Assembly: GCA_051251915.1 (NCBI GenBank)
Contig: JBPOGF010000001.1
Span: 288,001-352,000, forward strand
Direction of reading: 5' to 3'
DNA from: Akkermansiaceae bacterium
GTDB lineage: Bacteria; Verrucomicrobiota; Verrucomicrobiia; Verrucomicrobiales; Akkermansiaceae
Length of the DNA: 64,000 nucleotides
This document shows, one piece after another, positions 37,397 to 46,826 of the stretch (position 1 is its first letter; every line of letters begins with the position of its first letter). A model generated the notes under the pieces. The model did no database searches. It was not told where the DNA came from and worked only from the letters and a program-made list of their open reading frames with translations. The position numbers were made by a program, and so were the translations under genes.

Positions 37397-39895
37397 ATGT
37401 CTGAACGCATCCATAACGCCCTGAGTAAGCTATTTGAAATGAATCGTATTGTGCTGTGGTATGATGTGAAGAGTGAGCTGCGGGGGGACTATGAATCGCT
37501 AGAGCTGGCTGGGGTAGAGAAGGTGGAGGTGCGGGATAATGAACTGAGTGTGAAGTATAGGACTCTGAGGCTGGAGAGGGATAAAAATTTCCTGCTGTAT
37601 CATGAGGGGCCGGCTCCGGAGGACTCACAGAACTGGCTGCTGGATATGCAGCTGGCGCATAGGCTATTCCAGGCTGACCAGGCATCGATCTGGCTGGAGG
37701 AGATAGGCCTGAGCACGGAGTTCTATGAGATCACTACGGAGCATAAAGATTTCTTCGGTGCTCAGTCACGGATAGATGCACTGAAAGAGCGGATAGAGCC
37801 GGAGGATACACTGAAGCAACTGCGGCTGAAGATGCTGGCAGTGTGTGCGAGGGTGAAGGTGGGGAACTCTGCTAAGATAGATACGGTGATAGAGGCCCTG
37901 CTGGACGACTTTGCAGCTGGTAAGGATGCCCGCTATAAACTGATAGAGCGCTCTGGGCTGGAGGGATTCCTGTGGGCGGAGGTATCGCGTCTGTATAGCT
38001 ATGTGTCTACAGAGATGACGCTGCTGGACTTTACCATCAAGCTGTTTCGTAATGCGTATGAGAAGCATGTGCGTGGAGATTCTATGCTGAATGATGAGGC
38101 GATAGCTCTGCTGAGTAGGTGGAAGAATAGTAGGCTACACGGGGCGAGCTTCGAGCAAGTGTCTGAGCGGATCTCTGAGCTACTAAACATGCGTGAGGAG
38201 GTGAGTCTGGCGGATTTGGAAGATTTCCAGAGTGTGGATTATTTTGAGGTGATAGAGAAGCGGGTGATCCAGCTGCTGATCCAGAAGGTGGTGGAGAAGA
38301 CGATCACGAGTGGACAGGTGACGAAGCTCATCCGTGAGCGTGGGCAGAGCCACTGGTATGATAAATATAGGAACCTATATGATGCGATAGAATACGCAGC
38401 ACTCTATGAACAACAACTGAGTGAAACGGATCTGGGAATAGATGACCTGCGTAGCGGAGTGGAGCTGTATGTGAGCCAGTGGTATAGGATAGATCAGCTC
38501 TACCGTAAGTTCACCCACGCGGTGCAGAAGTCTGGTCACCACGGAGCACTGCAACAGCTGACAGATTCTGTGGAGAGCAGCTATAATAATCAGTATCTGC
38601 TGGGACTGAATGATCGCTGGCAATTTCACATTAATAAGCTAGAGGAGTGGAAGATACCAGGGAGCAGGATGCAGCGGGATTTCTACCGTGAGTATGTGAA
38701 GAAATCTCCGGCTAAGGTCTGTGTGATTATTTCTGATGGACTACGGTATGAGATAGGTGAGGAGCTGGCTAGTGCTATGAAATCTACCAATCGCTATCTG
38801 GCAGAGCTAGAGCATGCGGTCTCTGCCCAGCCTAGCTACACCCAGCTAGGCATGGCGTCCCTGCTACCACATGAGCAGCTGAGCTTTTCTGATAAGGATA
38901 ATGGTCTCGTGCTGGCTGATGGTGAATCTACTACTGGCTTAGTGGCACGGGATAAGGTGCTGAAGCGTGAGGAGGCTAAGTCTTCTGCACTGAAGGCCAG
39001 CGATGTGCTGAAGTATGGCAGGGATGAGATCCGTAGCATGTGTGCAGATAATCAGGTGGTGTATATTTATCATAATACGATCGATTCTACGGCGGATAAG
39101 TCAGAGACTGAGGGTAAGGTCTTTGATGCGGCTGCAGTAGCGATTGAGGAGATTAACCATTTGATCACTAAGATAGGTGGTGAAAACTACATCGCAAAAT
39201 TCATCGTCACGGCGGATCATGGATTTATTTATCAGGACCGGAAGCTACAGGAGAGTGATTTCTCAACTGTGAGTCCTGAGGGTGATGCTCTACCGGTAAA
39301 GAAAAGCCGCTATGTGATAGGCAGTGGGCTACAGGAGAATAATAGCATGAAGAAGTGGACGGCTGGGCAACTGCATCTTCAAGGTGAGCAGGAGGTTCTC
39401 ATTCCGAACTCGATCAACCGCATCCGGGTGCAGGGCTCAGGTAGCCGGTATGTGCATGGAGGGGCAGCACTGCAGGAAATCATCATCCCAGTGGTGCACA
39501 TCACAAAGAAGCGGGTGGATGATACGGATAAAGTGGAAGTGAACATTTCTAGTAGTAGTAATGTGATCACTACGGCTCAGCATCCAGTGACTCTGCGGCA
39601 GGTGGAGCCGTGTAGTGAGAAGCTGCATGGCAGGGTGCTACGGATAGGCTTCTACGCTGAGGATGGGACACTGATCTCTAGTCAGCATACCTTGAAATTT
39701 GACCTCGTGTCTGAGGATCCACGCGAGCGGGATCAGAGGGTGACCCTGATACTGAGTGCGGATGCGGAGAAGTATAATAACCAGGTGATCACTCTGCTGG
39801 TGGAGGAAAAGGTGAAGAATAGTGAGCATTTCAGCAAATACCAATCTCTACCCTTTACCCACAGGAGACAAATTGGTGATATAGACATCTTCTAA
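37397..39895 (+). CDS. pglZ: BREX-1 alkaline-phosphatase-superfamily protein PglZ
   Basis: RIVLWYD, IISDGLRYE, PSYTQLGMASLLP, YIYHNTID, TADHGF and YVHGG.ALQE. Confidence 0.94.
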   Translation: MSERIHNALSKLFEMNRIVLWYDVKSELRGDYESLELAGVEKVEVRDNELSVKYRTLRLERDKNFLLYHEGPAPEDSQNWLLDMQLAHRLFQADQASIWLEEIGLSTEFYEITTEHKDFFGAQSRIDALKERIEPEDTLKQLRLKMLAVCARVKVGNSAKIDTVIEALLDDFAAGKDARYKLIERSGLEGFLWAEVSRLYSYVSTEMTLLDFTIKLFRNAYEKHVRGDSMLNDEAIALLSRWKNSRLHGASFEQVSERISELLNMREEVSLADLEDFQSVDYFEVIEKRVIQLLIQKVVEKTITSGQVTKLIRERGQSHWYDKYRNLYDAIEYAALYEQQLSETDLGIDDLRSGVELYVSQWYRIDQLYRKFTHAVQKSGHHGALQQLTDSVESSYNNQYLLGLNDRWQFHINKLEEWKIPGSRMQRDFYREYVKKSPAKVCVIISDGLRYEIGEELASAMKSTNRYLAELEHAVSAQPSYTQLGMASLLPHEQLSFSDKDNGLVLADGESTTGLVARDKVLKREEAKSSALKASDVLKYGRDEIRSMCADNQVVYIYHNTIDSTADKSETEGKVFDAAAVAIEEINHLITKIGGENYIAKFIVTADHGFIYQDRKLQESDFSTVSPEGDALPVKKSRYVIGSGLQENNSMKKWTAGQLHLQGEQEVLIPNSINRIRVQGSGSRYVHGGAALQEIIIPVVHITKKRVDDTDKVEVNISSSSNVITTAQHPVTLRQVEPCSEKLHGRVLRIGFYAEDGTLISSQHTLKFDLVSEDPRERDQRVTLILSADAEKYNNQVITLLVEEKVKNSEHFSKYQSLPFTHRRQIGDIDIF

Positions 39896-39921
39896 TTACT
39901 TCTAAAAACATCATCATTAAC

Positions 39922-41991
39922 ATGAATTCACTCAACGAAAAAATCTGCCAGCATTTCGAAGGCTTGGTGGTCCGCAAGGATCTGGTCAAAACTGTGAAAG
40001 GAAATGCCATCGTGCCCTCCTACGTGCTGGAGTATCTGCTGGGACAATACTGTGCGAGTAATGACGAGGAGTCAGTGCAGTCTGGGATAGATACGGTGAA
40101 GAACATCTTGGCGAAGCACTACGTGCACCGCAATCAGGCTGGACTGATCCGCTCTAACATCAAGGAACAGGGGCGCTACAAGATCATCGATAAAGTGAGT
40201 GTGGCACTGAATGATAAGAAAGATTGTTACGAGGCTACATTTTCAAACTTAGGAATCAAGCAAGTGCTGGTGGAGTCTGCTACGGTAAAGGCGCATCCGA
40301 AACTGCTGGTGAGCGGGGTGTGGTGCATCGCAGACATCGAGTATGCACATGATGAGGATGCAGATTCTATCCCGTGGACGCTGGCTACGCTGAAGCCTAT
40401 TCAGCTTTCTAATTTTGATTATGAGGCATTTCTTGAGAAGCGGGCTGAATTTGAGACTGATGAGTGGATAGACCTCTTGATTCAGAGTGTGGGGTTTAGG
40501 CCAGAGCTGCTGAGTAGACGGAATAAGTTCTTCCAGCTGACACGGTTGATTCCTTTCTGTGAGCGAAATTATAATCTGATAGAGCTGGGGCCTAAGGGGA
40601 CGGGTAAGTCACACATTTACTCAGAATTTTCCCCACATGGGATCCTGATCTCAGGTGGTGAGGTTACGGTGCCTAAGTTGTTTGTGAATAATTCATCTGG
40701 CAAGCTGGGGCTGGTGGGCTACTGGGATACGGTAGCATTTGATGAATTTGCGGGGAAGGATAAGCGGATAGACAAGAGCCTGGTGGACATCATGAAGAAC
40801 TACATGGCGAACAAGACGTTCTCACGTGGGGTGGAGACGCTGGGGGCGGAGGCTTCTATGGTCTTTGTGGGGAATACCAGCCGCTCGGTGCCGTACATGC
40901 TGAAGCATTCTGATTTATTTACGGACTTACCGGATAAGTATCATGACTCGGCATTCCTGGACCGCTTGCACTGCTATATTCCTGGGTGGGAAGTAGGGAT
41001 AATCCGTGGTGAGATGTTTACGGATCAGCATGGGTTTGTGGTGGACTACATCGCGGAGATATTGCGGCATTTGCGAAATCAGGACTATGCAGATAAATAC
41101 CGTGAACATTTCAATTTGTCGCCAGATATTTCTACGCGTGATAGGGATGGGATTCACAAGACGTTCTCAGGCTTGATGAAAATCCTTTATCCGCATGATG
41201 TGGCGAGTAAGGAGGAGGTGGAGGAGGTGCTGAACTTTGCGATGGAGGGAAGGAAGCGGGTGAAGCAGCAGTTGCTGAAAATAGATGGGACTTATGAGGC
41301 GGTGGATTTCTATTATGAGGGTAATGATGGAGAGAGATTTCCGGTGCAGACTCTGGAGGAGGAGCACTACCGAGCTTTGTTTGAGCAATCACAGGCGGCT
41401 ACTGTGGTGGAAGAACTGAGCGGGACGGAGAGGGTAGATGCACTAGTGGATATAGCCGATGAGGATACTGTGCTTGCAGTCCAAGCAGAGGAGGCAGTTG
41501 AGGAGTTGGTTTCTGGAGAGCATGTGGTGGTGCCTGAGAATCACAAGGGATACAGTTATCAGTCGTTATTTGGGCTTCATCTTGTGGGAGCTACTGAGAT
41601 TGAAATTCGAGATCCATACATTAGCCAGTTTCATCAGGTGAAGAATCTGGTTGAGTTGTTAGGCGTGATCGCTGAACTGACTGAAGATGGTGAGGAAGCT
41701 ACGGTGAAGCTGGTGACGAAGTCGGACCGCGAATATTGCGATAAGCAGGATGCTTGGCTAAATGAGGTGGTGGAGAACTGTGCGCAGTCTAAGGTGAATT
41801 TTAGTTTTAGCTACGAGAATGATACGAGTTTCCATGCGCGGAGCATTACCAGTGATAATGGGTGGAAGATCTCGCTGGATCGTGGCTTGGACATCTTCCA
41901 TAGATATGATCTGAACCATCTCTCTATCGCTAATTTGAAGCAAGAAGAACGGCTGACTAAAGGTTGCGAGATTACTTACCTTAAGGTGTGA
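39922..41991 (+). CDS. brxL: BrxL-family AAA+ protein with C-terminal PLD/MIT_C-like domain
   Basis: VPSYVLEYLLGQYC, Walker A GPKGTGKS, FDEFAG and DSAFLDR; C-terminus DPYI..HQV.N...HARSITSDNGWKISLDRGLDIF. Confidence 0.88.
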   Translation: MNSLNEKICQHFEGLVVRKDLVKTVKGNAIVPSYVLEYLLGQYCASNDEESVQSGIDTVKNILAKHYVHRNQAGLIRSNIKEQGRYKIIDKVSVALNDKKDCYEATFSNLGIKQVLVESATVKAHPKLLVSGVWCIADIEYAHDEDADSIPWTLATLKPIQLSNFDYEAFLEKRAEFETDEWIDLLIQSVGFRPELLSRRNKFFQLTRLIPFCERNYNLIELGPKGTGKSHIYSEFSPHGILISGGEVTVPKLFVNNSSGKLGLVGYWDTVAFDEFAGKDKRIDKSLVDIMKNYMANKTFSRGVETLGAEASMVFVGNTSRSVPYMLKHSDLFTDLPDKYHDSAFLDRLHCYIPGWEVGIIRGEMFTDQHGFVVDYIAEILRHLRNQDYADKYREHFNLSPDISTRDRDGIHKTFSGLMKILYPHDVASKEEVEEVLNFAMEGRKRVKQQLLKIDGTYEAVDFYYEGNDGERFPVQTLEEEHYRALFEQSQAATVVEELSGTERVDALVDIADEDTVLAVQAEEAVEELVSGEHVVVPENHKGYSYQSLFGLHLVGATEIEIRDPYISQFHQVKNLVELLGVIAELTEDGEEATVKLVTKSDREYCDKQDAWLNEVVENCAQSKVNFSFSYENDTSFHARSITSDNGWKISLDRGLDIFHRYDLNHLSIANLKQEERLTKGCEITYLKV

Positions 41992-42036
41992 ATTAGGATT
42001 GAGATTTGAGGTTAGTAAAATTGAAAATGGTGTATT

Positions 42037-42957
42037 TTATAGGCGGGTGCCAAATTTCTCGATCCAGGGGGTGTATTCTGGTGGGAGTGGGGCTTTGAAG
42101 TGGAGCCTTTCTTGGGTGACGGGGTGGGTGATGCTGAGCTTGTAGGCGTGGAGCATGAGCCGGCCTGGGTGGCATTTCTGCTTGTTGGCGTTGGCGTAGA
42201 TGGGATCGGCTAGGATAGGGGTGCCGATGTGGAGCATGTGGACGCGGATCTGGTGGGTGCGGCCGGTGTGTAGATCACAGAGGATGAGGCTGGTGTCGTT
42301 TTCGGGGATGGTTCCGAGGTTTTGGTAGTCGGTGATGGCAGTTTTGCCTGAGCCGGGGTTTACGACGGCCATTTTCATGCGGTTTACAGGGTGCCGGCCG
42401 ATGTGGGTGAAGATGCGGTCTTGTGATTTATTGGGGGAGCCTTGGACGATGGTTAGATATTGTTTCTTAGTGGATCTCTCTGCGAACTGGGCGACGATGG
42501 CTCTGTGAGTGGTGTCTGTCTTGGCGACTACGATACAGCCTGAGGTGTCTTTATCTAGGCGGTGAACGATGCCAGGCCTTTCAGCTCCGCCTACTTCTGC
42601 GAGTTTGCCATTGCAGTGATGTAGGAGGGCATTTACTAGGGTGCCGGTTTGGTTTCCAGCAGCGGGGTGGACTACCATGCCGGAGCATTTATTGAGGACG
42701 ATGAGTTCATCGTCTTCGTAGAGGACTTCTAGGGGGATGTCTTCTGGCTGGGCGTTATCTGGAACTGGCTCGGGGATGTTGATGGTGATGACATCGCCAG
42801 CTAGTGCGGATGTTTTAGGTTTGGCGATATTGCCATTTACTAGGATGTCACCGGACTTGAGCAATGCTTGGATGCGGGCACGCGTTAGTTCAGGGAGCTC
42901 GGAGCATAGATATTTATCTAGCCGTTGCTTGGTGGTGTCGTGCACGGTGATTTTCAT
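42037..42957 (-). CDS. rluD: RluA-family pseudouridine synthase (RluD-like)
   Basis: S4-like N-terminus, GMVVHP, HRLDKDTSG, TGRTHQIRVH and LHA. Confidence 0.88.
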   Translation of the reverse strand: MKITVHDTTKQRLDKYLCSELPELTRARIQALLKSGDILVNGNIAKPKTSALAGDVITINIPEPVPDNAQPEDIPLEVLYEDDELIVLNKCSGMVVHPAAGNQTGTLVNALLHHCNGKLAEVGGAERPGIVHRLDKDTSGCIVVAKTDTTHRAIVAQFAERSTKKQYLTIVQGSPNKSQDRIFTHIGRHPVNRMKMAVVNPGSGKTAITDYQNLGTIPENDTSLILCDLHTGRTHQIRVHMLHIGTPILADPIYANANKQKCHPGRLMLHAYKLSITHPVTQERLHFKAPLPPEYTPWIEKFGTRL

Positions 42958-43059
42958 GATGATGTCTTGGTTCTTGGAATCGGTGATGACTGAAAAAAAA
43001 TACCTCTTTTTAGCGTTTTAGCGTGTAATGGTCGGAGTTTTCTTCGTAGTGTTTAGACA

Positions 43060-45492
43060 ATGAATTCTACTGACGATAATATTGCTCACTGCGAGGCTTG
43101 CGGCTGTGCGATGGATGTGACTATGATGCAACCATTCACAAATGTCGAGTGTCCGGAGTGTCAAACGCATAATCGGGTGAAGGTAGACGTGGGTAGCTAC
43201 ATTTTGAAGAAACGTCAAGGCGTAGGTGGTATGAGTTTGGTATTTGGTGCTGTGGACAAGACTCTGGGGCGTGAGGTGGCGATCAAGATTCTGAATGAGA
43301 GCTACTCGATGGATGCTAAGAGGATAGAGCAATTTGAGCAGGAGGCTAAGATTACGGCGGCGATTAGTCACCCGCATGTGGTGCGAGTGTATACGGTGGG
43401 ACAGGCTTTTCATCGGTTTTTCATCGCGATGGAGCTAGTGCCAGGTGATAGCTTGGAGCAGAAGATGCACGATAGTGGAAGGCTACCTGAGAATGATGTG
43501 CTGAAGTGGGGGAGACAAGTTTGTGAGGGTCTGAATGCTGCGAATGAGGCGGGGTTGATTCACCGTGATATTAAGCCGGGGAATATTTTGTTTGATGCTG
43601 AGGGGCATGTGAAGATTGTGGATTTTGGGTTAGCTCTGGTTACTCAGGGGGGGAAGGCGCAGGCGGATGAGATCTGGGCGACGCCTTATTATGTCCCGCC
43701 TGAGACACTGGATGTTTTAGAGGAGGATTTCCGTAGTGATATCTATGCGCTTGGTGCGAGTTTATTCCATGCGCTTTCGGGGAAACCTCCGTTTGATACT
43801 GAGACTAGATCAACTTCGGAGCTGAAGCAGATCAAGATGAATCTGCCTCCGCTTAAAAAGAGTGCTCCTTGGCTTAGAGATGAAACCTGTGCTGTGATTG
43901 ATAAGGCGATGGCATTTTCGGCTGATGATAGGTTTAGCTCCTATAAGGAGATCATTGATGCGCTACACCGTGCTGAAATGGCGCTTGAAAATGAAGGGAT
44001 GGAGCCTGCGCTGCAGAGTGCACAGAGGTATCAGCGTAGAGAGAAGAGTAGTGCGATGTTTTATGGTATGATCGCTGCTGGGGTTTTAGGAGTGGGTGTA
44101 GTTATTGCAATGCTGAGCATGGGTGGGGGTGATGATAAGAAGGATGGGGATGCTTCTGCTGATACTATCATGGAGGGGCTTGAGGGGAGTGATGATGGTG
44201 GTGCTGCAGGTAGGAGGCTGGCAATAGGGATACGTGAAGGCCGTGAGGCGCTGCAGGCGAGAAAATTTAATAAGGCGGCGAATCATTATGGATCAATTGC
44301 AAGAGATAATCGTTTTACGATTAATTCTGCGATGTGGGGTGGCTTGCAGTCATCGATTGTGAATTGGTTGAATGGTAAATCTGCGGAGGCCAAGTTTGAC
44401 CTTAGAATGCTTAATAAGCGTTATCTTGAGGCAAAAAAGCATGGTAAGGGTGGGAAACCAACTGAGATAACAAGCGGCTTAGCGAAGGCTATTCCGTTGC
44501 TTTTGAAGATGAAGCCGATTAGTCCTAGTGATTCTGAAAATATTCAGTCAGAGGCTGATGCTATGTTGGTGTATGCTGGGGCGCTGAAGAACTGGGAGGA
44601 AGGTTATTTGGGTGACGCTGAGAAAATGTTAGATAGGGTTGAGGAATACGCAACTAAACTAGGTGCTGTTTCTTCTGAGGAGTTCAAGGTGTATGTGTCA
44701 TTGATCGCAGGTTATAAAAATGATGCGGTTTTGATGCAGCCATTTGCTGATGATTTTATACCATCGAGCGATGACGAGATTGCAGCTCGTAGAGTGCTCT
44801 TAAAAGCGGCGAAAGGGAAGGTGAAAACGAAGGGGCGTGCGGTAGAGAATTTTGCGGAATGGTTGTATCAGCTGGATATTCATAAGAATAGATTAGCTTA
44901 TGAACGTAAGATGGAAGCTGCTGATGAGAATGAGGAAGGAGTGAACGATCAGCCGCAGCAGGTGGATGACTGGGACGGGTTCTATCAGAGCTTGGAGAAA
45001 GATATACAGAGTGCGAAGTTTGTGATGGCGAGTGAGAAGCTTAAGATTAGGTCATTTAAGGTAGGTAGTTCTAATAAGAAAAAAGAACATATGATTTATC
45101 TGTGTGAGAAGGCTGCTGGATATTTAGGAACTCTTAGTGAGACTTTAAGTAAGGGGGTGGTAAGAGCGGATATTACGCTCAAGGATGGTAAGGTATTTAC
45201 TACTTTTACGGGAATCAATACTAAAGGGATCACGGTGAAGGATGGAGATGCATTGCGCAAAGTCGAGTGGGGGGAAATAGAGACGAGTAGTGTGATTGAT
45301 CTGATAAAGATTAGTTTGGGTGAGGGTGATCTGAGTCAGTTTGAGAAAAATCTGAGAATTGAGCAAGCGATTGCATTTGCATGGCTAGGTGGAGAGAGGG
45401 AGAAGGCTAGTATAGCGGCAGATGGCTTGGCTAAGAATAACCAGTTCTTTAAGAAACGCTGGGCAGAGTGTGTTAAGTTGTTTGGAGAGTAG
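43060..45492 (+). CDS. Membrane Ser/Thr protein kinase with N-terminal Zn-ribbon-like motif
   Basis: CEAC..CPEC, GVGGMS, VAIK, HRDIKPGN, DFG; TM segment followed by a large helical domain. Confidence 0.9.
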   Translation: MNSTDDNIAHCEACGCAMDVTMMQPFTNVECPECQTHNRVKVDVGSYILKKRQGVGGMSLVFGAVDKTLGREVAIKILNESYSMDAKRIEQFEQEAKITAAISHPHVVRVYTVGQAFHRFFIAMELVPGDSLEQKMHDSGRLPENDVLKWGRQVCEGLNAANEAGLIHRDIKPGNILFDAEGHVKIVDFGLALVTQGGKAQADEIWATPYYVPPETLDVLEEDFRSDIYALGASLFHALSGKPPFDTETRSTSELKQIKMNLPPLKKSAPWLRDETCAVIDKAMAFSADDRFSSYKEIIDALHRAEMALENEGMEPALQSAQRYQRREKSSAMFYGMIAAGVLGVGVVIAMLSMGGGDDKKDGDASADTIMEGLEGSDDGGAAGRRLAIGIREGREALQARKFNKAANHYGSIARDNRFTINSAMWGGLQSSIVNWLNGKSAEAKFDLRMLNKRYLEAKKHGKGGKPTEITSGLAKAIPLLLKMKPISPSDSENIQSEADAMLVYAGALKNWEEGYLGDAEKMLDRVEEYATKLGAVSSEEFKVYVSLIAGYKNDAVLMQPFADDFIPSSDDEIAARRVLLKAAKGKVKTKGRAVENFAEWLYQLDIHKNRLAYERKMEAADENEEGVNDQPQQVDDWDGFYQSLEKDIQSAKFVMASEKLKIRSFKVGSSNKKKEHMIYLCEKAAGYLGTLSETLSKGVVRADITLKDGKVFTTFTGINTKGITVKDGDALRKVEWGEIETSSVIDLIKISLGEGDLSQFEKNLRIEQAIAFAWLGGEREKASIAADGLAKNNQFFKKRWAECVKLFGE

Positions 45493-45608
45493 TCCAGTTT
45501 CATGAACCATATCTATAAATGATTCTGTGCTTACAAAATCAGCGCTAACAAGAGCTAAAGATATAAATCTAGAAACAAGCCGTTAAATGAAGGTTACATA
45601 ATAATTTT

Positions 45609-46460
45609 CTATTTTGGTTCGTTTTTGTTAGGCAAGATTTGAAGTGTATTTTTTCTATCTTCTCTTTCGTCTTTCCATGCTTTCTCTGTTTCTGCTTTTT
45701 CCATTTCATCGGGATAATACTTTACAGAGTTGTCTTTATTACTCTTCTTATAATTTTCTTTGAAATTTGCGTATTTTTCTTTCTCTTTCAATATTGAATC
45801 AAGTTTCTTTGATATTTTGACATTATTATTTAGCGTCTCATCCAAATCATCTAACAACACCTTCTTTTCTTCAATCAGTTTGTCCCTTTCAAGCCTAATT
45901 TCTCTTACTTCCTTTGCTAGCTCTACAAGATTTTCTTCATCTTTGTTTAACTTAGCATCCTTCTCCCACAGTTCCCCCTTTACCTCCTCATGCTTAGCTA
46001 ATAGCTCCCCATGTTGAGTTACTAAAGTAACTTTCTCCTCTCTTAATTCAGCAATTTCTTTATTTTGTTTCCTCTCTAAAGCTTCATACTCAGCGGATAA
46101 TTTATTATATTCGACAGGGCTGTGGGGCATTTCTTTTGCAATTTTAAGCTTAATTGTTTTGAGCCAAACTTGTGTCTTTTCCCAGTACGCAAAAACTGCA
46201 ATTGCTAATAGAGGATATAAAAGTAGAAATATTAAAGCTGATCCTAACGGATAACAAATGCCATTTATTAAAGCACTGTTCCAATTAGGAAAACTCGTCT
46301 TACCAGCAAGTTCTAATCTAGAATCTACCTCCCCCTCAGAAAACAGTATAAATAAATATTTATGGTTGAACGTTAACCATGATAGCACGAAAGCCCCAAA
46401 TAGCGGAGAACTACAGCGGGAACTGATTTGATTTTTTACGGAGTTTACTAAGTCTTTCAT
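45609..46460 (-). CDS. AT-rich hypothetical protein, 2 TM segments + coiled coil
   Basis: SPLFGAFVLSWLTFN first TM, second TM, then a long Lys/Glu-rich coiled coil. ATG at 46460 preferred over the track start at 46481. Confidence 0.7.
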   Translation of the reverse strand: MKDLVNSVKNQISSRCSSPLFGAFVLSWLTFNHKYLFILFSEGEVDSRLELAGKTSFPNWNSALINGICYPLGSALIFLLLYPLLAIAVFAYWEKTQVWLKTIKLKIAKEMPHSPVEYNKLSAEYEALERKQNKEIAELREEKVTLVTQHGELLAKHEEVKGELWEKDAKLNKDEENLVELAKEVREIRLERDKLIEEKKVLLDDLDETLNNNVKISKKLDSILKEKEKYANFKENYKKSNKDNSVKYYPDEMEKAETEKAWKDEREDRKNTLQILPNKNEPK

Positions 46461-46826
46461 TTTATTAGTAAGAATAAACACATAAGTGGTTAGTTTTCCA
46501 TTACTAACTATTGATTTTATTATAATGACTAGATAACAAGGGTAATTCGTTCCAAATGTGAGAAGTATACAAACTCAGCGCACTAAGAAGACAGCTAAAT
46601 GAATTGATGTGAGTCCATGCAAATAGTTCAATTTAAATCACTTACTATAATTTTAGTTGGGTATATATTATGTTCTTGGGACTGGTTTATACTACTCCGG
46701 AATGAAGGCATTATAAATGCTGGGGGTAAATTAAATAGATGTTGTTATCAGTAGGGGGATAGGTGTGTAGTTGATGTAGAGTGGGGTGTATCTCTATAAA
46801 ACCTGCGTTGTTCTTTAGTCATGATA

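Larger units (their letters stand above)
26534..41991 (+). other. Type 1 BREX anti-phage defence island with embedded cargo genes
   Basis: Co-oriented brxA-brxB-brxC-[ATPase, nuclease-like]-pglX-[HTH]-pglZ-brxL between the bamD-like and rluD-like housekeeping genes. Confidence 0.93.

Noticed and set aside
41992..42036. Possible att site or heptamer tract at the right end of BREX
   Set aside because: Periodicity is too weak and I found no matching sequence at the left boundary by eye.
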